Source: Nymphaea colorata
Taxonomy: Eukaryota
Assembly (NCBI RefSeq): GCF_008831285.2
Contig: NC_045138.2
Coordinates: 29,698,001 to 29,762,000 of the forward strand
DNA length: 64,000 nucleotides
Direction: 5' to 3'
Shown: piece after piece, positions 12,023-25,710 of the stretch
How the letters are laid out: the number at the start of each line of letters is the position of its first letter
How positions within the stretch are numbered: position 1 is the stretch's first letter
Program-made: the position numbers and the translations under genes
The notes under the pieces: generated by a model
What the model was told of the DNA's origin: nothing
The model's input: only the letters and a program-made list of their open reading frames with translations
The model's database searches: none

Positions 12023-14901
12023 ATGAGCTCCGCAACGGTTTCCAATTTCCTCCACCAGGCGTCGCTCTTCTCTAAAGAAGTACTCTCACAGCCGGATGCC
12101 CGCTTACGCCTCCGGCGTTCCCTCGTTGCCCGCCCGTCGAGCAACGCAGAACCCTCCCTCTCTTCCCTCCAGCTCGCCGCCGAAACCCTCGACCGCGCCA
12201 TCCTCGCTCCCGACTCGGACTCTCGTCTGGACCTACTAGACCGCGCTGAGGAGCTCCTACTCTCTGCCCTAGGGGGTGATCCCCACACCTCCGCCGTCGC
12301 GTTCCTCCACCTCGCCGTCGTCTCCACTCTCCGTGGCAATCCGGTCCGCTCCGCTCGATTCCTCCTCGATGCCTTCGCTTCCGACCCGTCTTCCGCGCGC
12401 GGCGATCTCGCGCCAAAGGTATGGGAAGAATCCCTCGTGCAACCACTCCTCCCGCTGCATCGGCTGTTCTATGCCGAGAAGCAGGCGATCCTTGCTTCCG
12501 TCTCGTCGGAGTTCCAAGACCGGCAGGGATCCATGTCGGCGTTGGATTTCTCGTTCACGAGCGAGTCGCTCGCCTTCGACGAGGCCTCTCGCCGGCAGCT
12601 GCTGTCGAGAATGAGCAACGAGACGGTGGAGGAGCTGAGGATGCTGGAGGATGCTTACGAGGAAGCTCTAGACGAGAACACGAAGCTTCTGGCCAACTTC
12701 TTGAGGGAATTTCTGGAGAATTCAGAGGGCAAAGAGCTTACGAACACTAAGAAGAAGAAAAAGAAGAAGTTCTTCGTGCCGGTGATTCATAAAGTGAGGG
12801 GAATTAGGGTTTCGGGAGCAGAGAAGCTGCCGGAGAAGACGGGAGACGCCGGATTCCGCGACGGACGGTATAATGTAAGGACAACTCCTCTCTGAATATT
12901 CCCTATTTTCTTTTCAACATTTCTGTGTCTTTTTTTTCTTCCTCATCCACTCTGTGAAAAGTGGGGCAGAAGGCGGCTGATCAAGTTTGACTTAGGTCAG
13001 GCCGGGTCCCTATTGTTTAGGGTCTGCATCCACCCAACCCATAAGATTCGGACCCTGATACTCGAGATGCTTGCTTGTCTCAGTCTTCGTTAGGCCGGAG
13101 TTGAACCGCTTTCTAGCCTTCTGAAAGCTCAAAAAAAAAAAAAAGGTTTATATGTAGATAACGTGTCTTAAGAAACAGTAAGTCATAATGTTTATGCTTA
13201 GTGTTTGGTCTATAAATCTACAAATAACATCAATGGTGACACTGTTTTTCAAATTATAATATCTTTTGTATCATTGTCAAATGTTTTGAAAGAAACGGAC
13301 CTTTGATTATTATATTTAAAAGTACTTTTAGTAATCACATTGTGTTTCTTGAAACAAAAGCACTTTTCTCTTCAAAAATAATCTTTTTTTATTATTATTA
13401 TCAAACGCCTTCTAAAACAAAGTGCCATTGTTCTATAGTCATCAATTTGATCCCAAAAAATTGTCATATTTTTGAAAAGCCAATATTTTCAATAACTCAT
13501 GGCACCGTGGTGTTAGTTCTACGTTAAAAAATTTATATGTGCTGGATGATTCTCAAGTTGTATTTCTTGTGTCAGACGAAAACATTTTTTATGCCTTTCC
13601 TAGAACATAAGGGACCGACCCATTAATGGCTTCGCGGGGTAGATGCAGTGGCGGAGCCAGCGTGGGGCAGGTGTGGGCGCCTGCCCACGCCAGCTCAAGA
13701 AAACTCCATATGAAATGGAGTCTCAACCCAGCTTCACCCCTGTGTTGCCCACGCCAATATTTGCTTTATTTTTAAAATAACAGAAAATTTTTTCACAAAC
13801 TATGTACTAGTGCCCCATAGCCAAAAATTTCTGGCTCCGCCACTGGGTAGATGGAGTCATGGAGGCCAAGGCTCCCAACCTTGGTGCCAGTTTTCCTCCA
13901 GAGTATCGACCATGGACTCTGGACCCACCAACATTCTTGGTAAAATGGGCTCAGTATCCACATGAACGTGTGGCCGGTACATGTAGGACGCCGACTAGTT
14001 CCTTGTTGGAGCAATGGCCTTTTGGCCCTGGACCCAACTAGATCTGGTTCTATTTGGGACCAATTTCTTGTTAGGCATGGTCTTTGGACTCTGGATCCAA
14101 CTAGATCTGCATCTGTTTGTTGTGCTTGTGGCCTTGATTGTCCTTGTCGTTTTGGTTCATGCCAACCAAAATCGATCAATGCTTCATCGAGACATTTGAC
14201 TGTTTTAGCATAACACATGGATGGCCACCACCTTCCACTCAAAGCATAAATAAAACAAAAAGGGGTGGTTGAGAAATTAAAATTGTGACCTTGAGGATGG
14301 AAGTTTATATGAGGGAGAAAGCTTAAATGTTAGACCTCTCACATAGTCATTTAAGATAGTTAAGGACTTGGGGCTATATGCGCATTTTGTTGGTCCGCAG
14401 AGTTAGGTGAAGATTTTAGCCACATCATGAACAAGTCGTGGTTTGCATCTGACTTGTGCTTGTATGTCAAGGTGCTTTCTTTTTCTATCTCTCCCTTTCT
14501 TTGGATTGGCAAAGTTGGGGTTAGGCAGATCTGAACCAGAGGACAAGGTCCTTTCGTCAAGTAATCAAACTGGACTTTAAGCATAGGAAGAAAAGCAATT
14601 CAGGTGGCTTGTTCTTTCAAACTTGATTGCCCATTACAGAACTCAATTTAGACGAGCTATTAGAACAAAATTAGACTCTTTTCGCAAAGTCAATATGACT
14701 GTGCAGTGCCGCAAAAGAGGCTTGTCACCCGTCCCATTATTTTATCCCCTAGGCGGCACGCAGCGTCTTCCGGCCTCCAAACTGCCACGTCTAACCACTT
14801 AAACAGTCCTTTCTTCATGTTTTTTTCATGGTAATCCTCCCAGTTTGTTGCAGCTGGTTCAAGATTGTAGGTCAAACACCCCATTTCCTTTTTCTTTCTC
14901 T

Positions 14902-14973
<72 letters not shown>

Positions 14974-15146
14974 ATATTTTGATATTTTGTGATGATAAAA
15001 AAATGTTGTAAAGAGTGCAGTCCATAGCTAAAAACTATGGCGAATGAATGAATTGTTGTTACGGAATGCACCATTCACGATAATTTTTAGTGTCATAAAA
15101 TATAAATAAACCTATTTGACAATGAATATTGACCGGTAGATTTTAA

Positions 15147-15218
<72 letters not shown>

Positions 15219-15429
15219 ACGCCGAATGGCAACATTTTTACAAAAAAATATTAACCACACATATATGATATCTATGTCAATCAAACAAAAGGTTAATTTT
15301 CTTTTTCTTATACGTGGATAGGATTTTGTAGGCCAATAATGGTCAAACCCTTGATTTTTAAATTTTCATAAAATAAGTTTTAGACAAACATGGAGACTTA
15401 TATCCTTATGGACAATGCCCCGAAAAATA

Positions 15430-15497
<68 letters not shown>

Positions 15498-18400
15498 TTT
15501 TCATTGAGCAACGAAGTCACTGTGGGTTCAAAAATGAACGTGAAGTTGGACGCCTTGTGAAGTATCTTAAAATCTTAACGCAGAGTACGGAAAAAGATTT
15601 TTTTTTTCTTTTGTTGTCCTGTACACTCTAAGGTTACAGTAAGTCCCTTCCGTTCCGTGCTTCTTTCAAATTCCGCACTCATGTCCATTTGAAAAGGAAA
15701 AAAAAAGTCTGCGAGCGGACCTTCCCTCCCATCTGTCACGCTTAGTCCATGTTCACATTAGGCACGAATGCCCTTTACTTTCGTCTTCAGTTGGTTCTTA
15801 ATTTTTTGGCTTCCATGTTCACATGTGTGTAAGCTCTATTTTCTACAAGGATGCTGGGCCCCGCTCAGATCTCTCCCCTTTTTATCTGCTTTGGGTGAAT
15901 CATGATTCCCTAGGACTTGAGAATATTGTTGCCATTCTCACGAAACAACATGCCACGGAATTTCGTCTTATAAATTCTATGAATGACGACGTCAAGGAGT
16001 ATTGCTGACGTCATGGTGGTTCAACTTAGTCAAATTTAAAGGTAACATGGTTACAAAGAAGCTGTTGTCAGTTGAGTGAATACGTATACACATTTCAGCG
16101 AGTCCTACTCCCTAAAGTTCCGGAGCTAGACCGACTCCCTCTGGTCAAACTTTTCTATCACTTGAGCTTCCATCTCTGCTTGAGTTGGTAATTTTTCATT
16201 CCATCCTGACATCTAGCGCTTCTGCCAAACCTGATATAGGTGCCCAACAAACTTCTTTGCAATATGATATTAAATATGCTATGGGAAGGCTTTGAGGACA
16301 ATATCGTTCGACCAAACGGGCGATTATAATATTGATACTGATACTAAATAACAGGGGAACAAGTATTCTTTGCCAGAAGGTCGAGAAATACGTATTGAGG
16401 CCGGGTATATTTAAAGCCGAAAAAAGTCATTTTTCAGTGAAGCCAAAACATAAAATACTTGTTCAAAAGGCATGGACTCCTAGATGGGCTGGTATCAGCG
16501 TTATAATTCTTTTGTTTTATAAGTGCCTTCAAGTATTTGCTTGTTTATATATATTAGTGCGCTTAAGGATTGAAAGTTTCTGAAATAGTATTCTTAAGCT
16601 ATAAATATCTGACTCCGCCACTAATTCACCTCCGTTAATTATTGAGGCAAAATGTGGTCGCACTTGTGATAGAGAAGAGTAATACCTATTTTAATTGTCT
16701 TTGCACCTCTCTGTTCAGTTGGTGCTTCCATTTTTATACCTCTGTTTGGGTGGTTCGACGATGTAAGGTGGTCGGACCGTCTGGTTGTCATACCATGATC
16801 CTTCGTTGACATAATGAGTTACTGTATTTTACATTTTTTTTGCATTTTGCTCTACCTTTTTTGCATGCATTCTCTATCCCACCTGCGCTGAAATATTCTT
16901 TTCCCAATGTTCCTTGAGTATGTTTAGCCAATCTCGGACGAGGAGGGTGCCACTGACCTCTCCTCCACCTCCATAACTGAAAAGCCTTTGGTTTCGTGGC
17001 GGCGTATGGTTCCTGCCGACCTTAAAACAGAAGTCGTAAGCACTAGCTCGGATTACAGCAGTCTTCTAATGGAAGGACTGGTCCTTTCCTCAGCCCATTC
17101 CCTTACTTCTTCTGACACGGAGGACGAAGAGGAGGTGCGAACGTTATTTCCAAGAAACAGCAATGGAAGTTTCTACTTTCTCATCGGGACTTTCTTCTGT
17201 TTCCTTTGATGTAGTTGTCGATGCTAATGGTCAACATTACTGTAATCTGCATAATCGCAGGATGGCATGCACGGAGACACCTCATTTTGTGAGCGTAAGC
17301 GGGGAACTGGCGAACAAGCAGAAACAAGCTGGTGAGTATCATGCTTTATCACGTCTCGTTACGCTTATCAATATGGTTTTACTACTCACATTAGTCTCTC
17401 TCAGTTCACTGGGCTTGTTAATGGATGCGTCTGACCATGGTTCGACGACCCACCAGCCTGTGCTGTCAACAGATTTCTTGTACCCCATAACGGGTCAAGT
17501 CTTTGACGATCAGGTGACGCTAGAAACGGGACAAACTTATGAGCGAAGTGCCATTCAGGAGTGGATTGAGGGAGGGAGGAAAGACATATGCCCTATTAAG
17601 CACCAAAAACTGTCGGCCACCATCCTGCCCAAAACCAACTGTGTTCTAAAGGATCTCAATGCGAACTGGAGGGAGAAGAATGCAGGTTCAGCTAAGGAGA
17701 CCAAAGTCCTTGTTCAATCTAAATATGAAAGCCCTGAAATCGGTCTCTCGGGTTCAATGAAACTCAAACACTCCTCGTCCGAAATTAGTGTTACCAGCCA
17801 GGTTGATGGGATCGTCCCGGAGCTCACATCGGATATAAGCAAGCTCTGGTTGTCAGGAAGTCTGCATGAAATAGAGAATTCTGTGCTTGCTATCAAAAGG
17901 GCTTGGGGTAATGCAGATGCGGACAATGAAATTCGGACCTCGTTGGCAAAACCTGACGTTGTTAGCAGGCTTGTGGAGATACTCTTCAACTCCTTGGATA
18001 TTCGGGTGTTAAGGACGACCATTTATCTACTGTCAGAGCTGGTTGCAAGGGATGAAACTGTCATGCAGACACTCATGCAGAGTTATCCCAATATTTTGGA
18101 AAAAGTAGTTGTGCTGCTTAAGAAGGGGATCTTTGAGGCTGCTACATTAATTTCACTTCTGAGGCCATCATGGGCAAGTCTTGTAGCCATGGATCTGATT
18201 CATTCCCTACTTGCAGTTGTGAAGGCAGCAGTGCAAGAAGGAAGTGAGCAACCACGGATGTATTTGAGGCCAAAGACTGCTGCTATCCTTCTTTTGATGG
18301 AAGTTCTTAAGGGAGATGATGGTAATGTCCATAAGGTTGGTGGTGCTGTAATTGCGGAGAAGGCGCTTGAGAATGTAGTCAGTAGCCTCGAGTCTGATAG

Positions 18401-21400
18401 AACCGAGGAGAGAATTGCAGCTATTAGAATCCTATTAAACTGCATTAAAGAGAAAGGAAGTTGCAGGAGAATAATTGCTGACAAGGTTAATTTGTCTTCT
18501 GTCTTTGGAATCTTTATGAGTGCCAGTGTTGCGGAGAAGTTTGAAATTGTTGGTTTCCTGTCTGAACTCGTCCGCATAAACAGGTATGCTTCTCCTCTTT
18601 GTTAGTTAATGCCATCAATACCGCGATTAGCTGTATATGAATCATTTTTTTTTTGTCTAAATCATGTCTTCTCTAAATATTATCAATATCTCCTAATTTA
18701 TTTTTCTGTATGAATTTCCATTCTTCAAGTTACTTGCTTTAGATTTGCAGGTTTTAGTTAGAATAGCAGTTTTTGTTTTCTGAGTCACATTTGCCTTTTC
18801 AATTCTTTAGTGGCGCTATTTGGATGGATATTTGAGTTTATATCACTCAGTGAATGTTTAGCATAGGTTAATTAAATGATGTGAAAATACTTAAGCCGGA
18901 TTACTAACCTTTTCTTCTGATCTTGGTGAGAAAGCTCAGTTGTCTTTTGGCTTTTTCCCTTTCATAAATTTGTGAAAGCTGAAATTTTCATCAGGCAGAT
19001 AGATACTATTATTGCCTGTCAAAATGACTTTGTTCAAAATAGGATACAGTTTTTGCAAACAAATTATTTTGCTGTTGTAATTAATGCCATCCTGGGAAGG
19101 ATAGTTTTGCTTGTTAATCTGCTTCCTATTATTAGGCGGATGATATATTTCTGCATGGTTTGGTTCTTTTATTTTCTCATATGCTTCTTATATGCTGTAA
19201 TAACTAATAACTATTCCAGTTTTTTAATATTTCTTTGTCTGACATTAGTTCGTGAATAATGGATACGTTTTCCTTTAGGACATGCAGCGAGCAGCTTCTG
19301 CAAAAGATGAAGGATGAGGCTTCTTTCAGCTTAATGCATGGCCTTCTTCTCTACCTACAGACAGCTCTGCTAGACCAGTGCCCTGTGATCGCTGGTCTCC
19401 TACTCCAACTTGATCTCTTGGTTGGGAAATTTTTACATCAGTGTGCCAATTACTGAGATTCCTTTTTTTTTCTTTATATTTTTTATTTTCCACTATCCAT
19501 GATTTAAATAACTTGGTTGTTGGTCTAATTCCTGCTTGGCAGGCAGAACCTAGAAAGATGAGCATATATCGAGAGGAAGCCATAGATGTACTCATTTCTT
19601 GCCTTAGAGATTCTACATCTCCTACAGCCCAAATAGCTGCTGCAGAAGCTATAATTGCACTCCCAGGAAGGTTCTCTGCATCGGGAAAGCCACTTACCCG
19701 TTCTCTCCTTCTTAAACGTGCTGGAATCGACAAGAATTTGAGAGCCATGATGCAAAGAGACCAAAGATGTCTTATTGAAAGTGCGGTAGTGGATAATTTG
19801 GTTAGTATTCCTTGTCCAGCCAAGCTAATAAAGCCTTTTGGTTATATGTTTTCTGAGTTTCCTATTCATTGTAAATTATGTCCTTATTTATTAGTGAATG
19901 GATTTGCTGTATATGTCCTAAGCTTTATCCCTTTTACCTTTTCTCATCGCATGTTCTTTTCATGCTTGATATTTTGGCTTCAAAGTAGATGGAGCTGGCT
20001 TTACTCTTTATGCCTTTTAGGAATGAATTTTTCATAGTTTGCTTGAGGATCCAGTGCATTTGTTCCATATTCATATTGTAACACTCTAAAAATTTGGTCT
20101 TATATTGAAGATTGTGAGGGATCTTCAAGGGCTTATAAAAGGGACTGTTAAAGTAGTTGGTTGTCCTAGTTCTAAGCCTTTTCTTGACTGGAGCCGAAAC
20201 TGCTAGGAGGTGGGTTGGATCCACCAGACCAGGGACCCGAGCTCGGGAGTGGATCATGTCGTTACAGTGGTATCAGAGCACGGTTCAACACTCAGACCTG
20301 GAGTCTCATATGCGTGGATGCGTGTGCCTTAAGGGAGGTAGATTGTAACATCCCAAAAGTTTAGTTCTATATTGAAATTTGTGAGAGATCTTCAAAGGCT
20401 TATAAAGGAGATTGTTAAAGTAGGTTGGTTGTCTTGGTTTGAAGCCCTTTTTTGGCTAAATCTGAAACTGCTAGGGAGTGGGTTGCGATCCACCAGACCA
20501 GGGACCTGAGCTCGGGAGTGAGTTGGGTCGTTGCACAGGTTCCCTAGGTAAAGAAGAAATTTTGTTTTGGTAATAAGCAATTTGATATAAATGCCTTTCA
20601 GATAGCAAGTGACTGAAAGTACTCTTAACTGTTGTCAATCAGTTCCCTATTTGTATTGACATGGTACTTGCAACATATATTTCCCTTCTTTTTTTTTTTT
20701 TTTTTTTTTTTCCAGAAGGAAGAAGGAAACTGCATGTGCATTCTTCCCGCGTGCTCTTTCTTATTTTCTTCTTGGGTGGGATGATTGAAACAGGAAGAGG
20801 AGAAGGCTGTGAAATGGGAAAAGAAGATGGCATTTGCTCTAGTCAGCCATGAGTTTGGCCTGATTTTTGAAGCTTTAGGAGAGGGTCTGAAGAACAGTTA
20901 TAAGGAACTATCTGCAAGATGCTTTGTTTCAGCAACCTGGCTTGCTTCTATTCTAGGAGAGCTTCCAGACACAGGGGTACGTGGAGCTGCTCGTATATGC
21001 TTGCTAGAACTTTTTATTTCAAACTTTAAGTCGGCTCAAGAAGTGGAAGAGAGAGCTCTTGCAATGCTTGCCATGAATAGCTTTATACATGACCCTGGTT
21101 GGTATTCAGCCTGTCAAAAGTGTAGTGCCAACTGCCAGCAAGTACCATGATTCTATATCTCATGCCATGATTGTTGAAAATTTCAGATGGTTTCCAAGTT
21201 CTTACTTCACATATGAGAGACATACTGAAAAAATTGAGGGAATTGAAGGAGGTATCCTCTTTATCAGCTGAAATGATTAAGGCTCTTACAGGACAGCAAG
21301 AACCCAATGCTGTAAGTTTGCTGCAATCTAACAGTAATCAAGATTTTTTTTTTTTTTTGATGGTCATGCAGACTAAAGGTTTTCTCCTTATGTAGGGTAT

Positions 21401-23666
21401 CTGGTTTCATAAAGAGTTGTTTCAAATGAGTTGCAGTATGAATGGAGGAGTGCTAGCTATGAATTGCTACAGAGATCTTATTTTTAGTGGCCATTCAGAT
21501 GGAACAATCAAGGTGACAACTTTATTCTTTGCACTTAATTTTTGAACTTTAAATTTCAACTCCCAAGTCTGGTTTTGATTCTAATGACCCAGAGCCTTGG
21601 AATGTAGTCTCACTAACCAAGTGCAAATTGCAAAATTAATCTTGGCAACTTTGATGTCCACGTATTTATATGTGTGAGACAGTGAGTGTGAGTGTGATTG
21701 CTTTGCATTTGTGTTGCGCACCCAAGTGACATAGAGTAGGCCATGTCTTAGATATGGATTCCATGCTTTCCTTTCCAAATATACATGCTGTCCAGAAATA
21801 TCAGAAAAAGTTAATGGCCGCACAGCTGAATTTCTTTTTTCAAATCCTTTCTCTTGGTGACAATTTTCAATCCTCGTCAGCTTTATCATTGACATGGAAT
21901 ATGGCTGTTAACAAGGTCTGGGGCATTGAAGGAAGCCGTCTACACTTAATCCAGGAAACTCGAGAACATTCAAAATCAGTTACAAGCTTGGAAGTCTTGC
22001 AGAACAATGGGAGATTATACAGTGGCTCTTTGGACAAATCAATAAGGGTAAGTTTTCTACTACCAATTAGAAACACTTCATCCTTTTCTTTTATTTTTTA
22101 AGTTTATGACTGGATACTCGATGTGAGTAGGTCTGGTCTGTGGGTGTGAACAGAATAGAGTGTGTTGAAGTCCACAATGTGAAGGATGTGGTTCATGGTC
22201 TTGCTGTTGCTAATGCTGTTGCTTGTTTCATAACCCAGGGACCTGGTGTAAAGGTAGAAGCCTTTTCATTTAAGTAGTTTTACTTCTTGAAAATCAATTG
22301 AATTTTGCTTTTGATATGGCCTTCACAACATTGACAGGTGCATCCCTGGAATGGTATCTCCAACTTGGTAATTGCTAACAAGCATGTTAGGTGCATCCGT
22401 TTGGTACATGGAAGACTTTACTGTGGATGCAATGATGGCAGCATTCAGGTATTAACCTCGATTTGTTGATTATCACAAATATCCATGTTATGAAATATGT
22501 TTTGGCAATAAATTTACATTATGTCGAAGTAGCCCTTCTATAACTGTTCATTTTTATATTTGTCTCCATATAAGCATAAGTTAATGCATATTCTTGTAAA
22601 GTCTATGACAGAGCTTGTCGCTAATAAAAAACATGCATTTGTCTTTGACGACTAGTTCTTGGAATTTTTTTCTGTTTTTGCAAATGTCTTGAATTTCTTG
22701 TGTTTCTTGTTTAAAATGGAATGATATTATAGATACATGTGCTACAGGCTGAATTTTTTATTCATTTAAACGCTCACTTTTCTCTAGCTGTTATATTGTA
22801 GTAAAAATCCACACCTGTGAATATGCCTATACTTTGAACTTTGTTCCACAGGTTAAATTTTGATATAAGATGCAGACTCTAATTTGGTACGATTATTCAT
22901 TTCCTTTTCTAACTGTAGACATGCTGTAATTCTCCACAATATTTTGTACTTTTCTTTTGACACTTTGGGTTTGTACATCGTCAAACTTTCCTTTTCTTCC
23001 TGTCGCCTACATTTAGAATATTTTAAATCCATTTGCCATAATAAAATTTTACATATTGGTTGCGGATACATACCAAGGAAGATCAACATGTTTGGCCTGC
23101 ATATTTGGTGACGTGCATGTTTGGCCCTTGTGCCAGTGAGTTAATCATGCTTCTGATTATGCAAATAGCTAATTTTGTAGGAAGTTGATCTGGCAACTGG
23201 AACTTCAATCACAATTCAACCAGCTACGAGGAAATTGATAGGAAAAACTAATCCAATTTATACTCTGGAAGTCGGTGATGGTTTCCTTTACTCATCCCAC
23301 GCTTCTTTAGATGGGGGACCAACCGTGAAGGTAATTTAATCTGAGAAGCTTTAGGATAATGAAGAGCATGTGATCATGATTGATATTAACTACTATATCA
23401 TTATTAATTTGCCTGTAGATGTGGACTACAGCATCCTATACAACGGTGGGATCATTAGTGCCTACTGCAGATGTGCGATCCTTGGCCATAACTTCTGAGC
23501 TAATCTACCTAGGCTGTCGAACAGGTAGTATAGAGGTGTGGTCAAGGGAGAACCACAGGAGAGTAGGAACACTGGAGACTCGGACTAACAGTAAGGTGCT
23601 ATGCATGTCCTTGCATGCCAACGGTGAAGTTTTGGTTCTTGGAACTGCAGATGGACAGATCCAAGT

Positions 23667-23705
<39 letters not shown>

Positions 23706-24000
23706 TGTGTGTGTGTGTGTGTGTGTGTGTGATGATGATGATGCAACATGAGTGAAAAACTGCATGTCTTTTGTCTGGATAGCAAAAACAAAAATGCAGA
23801 TTTTTCCAAAATGTTGTTGCGTAGCTAGGTTCCTTGACTTTGCATAATGGGATTTCTGGACCCTTAAGTTTAGAAGCATGAAATATCACATGGAGATGTT
23901 ATTTCACTGGTTTACATGGTAGGCTTGTCCGTATTCAAATTTTTGTTCTGATATGTAAACGTAGTTACTCTTCTAAATGCAGGCATGGGAAATCAGCTAA
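12023..24000 (+). CDS. LIN: Putative E3 ubiquitin ligase, LIN/CERBERUS-like (U-box, ARM, WD40). Exons 12023-12874, 16928-17134, 17261-17331, 17405-18583, 19279-19420, 19543-19800, 20794-21097, 21187-21311, 21396-21512, 21916-22047, 22131-22253, 22338-22448, 23181-23330, 23419-23664, 23983-24000
   Basis: U-box-like PITGQVFDDQVTLETGQTYERSAIQEW. LIN-typical blocks LLLQLDLL|AEPRKMSIYREEAID, WEKKMAFALVSHEFGLIFEAL and LPDTGVRGAARICLL. WD40 repeats FSGHSDGTIK|VW, LYSGSLDKSIR|VW and LYCGCNDGSIQ. All 14 GT-AG introns are phase-consistent; exons 2-3 are the least certain. Confidence 0.9.
13646..13845. mobile_element. hAT-type MITE (200 bp) in LIN intron 1
   Basis: Perfect 15-bp TIR CAGTGGCGGAGCCAG/CTGGCTCCGCCACTG and a perfect 8-bp TSD GGTAGATG. 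Confidence 0.9.
14901..15500. repeat. Cluster of long (CA)n(TA)n, (TA)n and (CT)n(AT)n microsatellites in LIN intron 1
   Basis: Directly visible runs near 14902-14970, 15149-15213 and 15430-15495. Many similar SSRs occur elsewhere, e.g. 1700, 3780, 6950, 23670, 27120, 42240, 46905, 60835. Confidence 0.95.
20077..20535 (+). mobile_element. TRIM (terminal-repeat retrotransposon in miniature) in LIN intron 6
   Basis: LTR1 20077-20266 (TGTAACA...GTTACA), PBS TGGTATCAGAGC at 20268, about 50 bp of internal sequence, PPT AAGGGAGGTAGAT, then LTR2 20344-20535 (TGTAACA...GTTGCA). Confidence 0.9.
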
Positions 24001-25710
24001 AAGTGGTCTAGAAGAACACTGGTATTAAGAAAGCCTGCTTACAAAAATTTAGTTGAAGGAATTCAATTTTCTCTGTTTCCTTTTTCTATTTCCTCGTAAT
24101 CAATTTGAGGAGTTCATTCACATGCTTGTATTCTTTGGCCTTTCTTCTCGAAAGGCTCCATATTGTTGTAAAAAGCGATACACCGAGCAAACCACGGAAG
24201 AGTTGTATCCCATTATTGTACAGATTGGTCCCTGTATAGCAATTTTTACGCATAATACTAACGTGAAGTTCATGTTCAACCAACAAAAGAAATAATGTTA
24301 TTTTTGTTAGAGGAACAGCTGAATGTCTGGAAAAACCATTTCTGCATTGGATTCCGGTGATTCAAATGCATCATTTTGAATAAGCAGGTCATATGTGCAT
24401 GACACTATGACTCATTTCAGTGGGAACAATCAACTCTCACAGGAAATCACCTTCAATGAGGTAAGTGCGCACATTTTCCTAGGATATAAAAGGTTTGCAC
24501 ATGGTTTTGCAGCTATATTGTGTTTGATAGAACTTGATCTCCGATGTATTTAGATTGTTCAAATCCGAACTGATGTTCCTACTTTTTCTTTTCAGGTGTG
24601 AGGTATAGTCAATGTCGTAAAAGTCAGATTTCATTGGAAGCCTGAATGCTACGGCGTATTAGCCCGTACTTGCAACTAAAATTTCACAAGAATCCATCTT
24701 TCACAAATCGGAGCTTGACGAGATAAAAAAACTCCGGCCGATTGGACGCTATCGGGCTGTGTGTAGGCCGGAGAGTCCGGATGGCTGTAGAAATCTACGG
24801 TGTATACACACAGACGCACAAACAAGCCGTTCATTGAGGAGGCAAAGTATTTTTCAAATAGCGAAGAACCCTTCAAAAAAGCAAAACTCTACAATCAGCT
24901 TTCATGCGGGCAATAAGTATAAAGAATTTTAACAGAATTGGCGGAGGTGATCTAGACTTTTCAACTTGATAGACATTAGATGACAATTTTTTTTTTCTTT
25001 TATCTACAAATCCTGCAGTTCGAGAGAAATCATGGGAGGAAGAAAACAAATTTGAAACTTTCAATTCTATCTTCCCATTTTATGGTCATGGGTTCCAAAC
25101 GTCCTACGGTCTCCTTTCACGAGATAAAATATGTATTGTAAATGAAAAATTATGAGCTAAAAAGTTAACAAATTCGAAATCCAATTTTCTTTTCTGTCAA
25201 GAAGGAATGAAGCAATAATTTCACCCAAATTTTCACGTTTTCCACAGCGCATTAAAGTTTTACGAATAAGCTCAATGAAGACGAATTCAAGTACTTCCCA
25301 TAAATGATCAGGTCCACTATCACGAGGAAATAGGATTTTCATTAAGCGCAAAATGATAAATTCTGAAAAAGATTATGAAAATACAAAAGCTTCTGTAGAA
25401 ATTCGGGAAAAATTGATTGAAAAAAAAAACATGCAATAACATGTGCAAAAAATTGATTACATACCATATTTGAGGATAGTATGCAAGGAAACAACGTAGA
25501 CAGAATCCTCAGTGCAATCTGAGTGCCAGTGATCTTTAGCTGTTCCTTCCCTTCATTCACAATGGATAGGCCTACTTATTTTCTTGATCCCTGAAGCCAA
25601 CTCCCCACAACATCCTCTCCACCATACCATCACCGTCTCTCCTAATAGTACCGCATAAGCTCTGAGGAACAGCAACAAGAAGAGAGGGAAAGAAAAGAAA
25701 GAAGAGAGAA

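Noticed and set aside
11709..12750. Several alternative-frame and antisense ORFs over LIN exon 1
   Set aside because: Shadow ORFs of a GC-rich exon, with low-complexity translations.
15980..16150. TGACG/TGACGTCA and W-box-like motifs in LIN intron 1
   Set aside because: Short motifs whose spacing does not fit a canonical as-1 element; cannot be told apart from chance.
17163..18605. The 480-aa ORF as a stand-alone gene
   Set aside because: It is LIN exon 4 extended through flanking introns; the splice sites at 17405 and 18583 fit the full gene.
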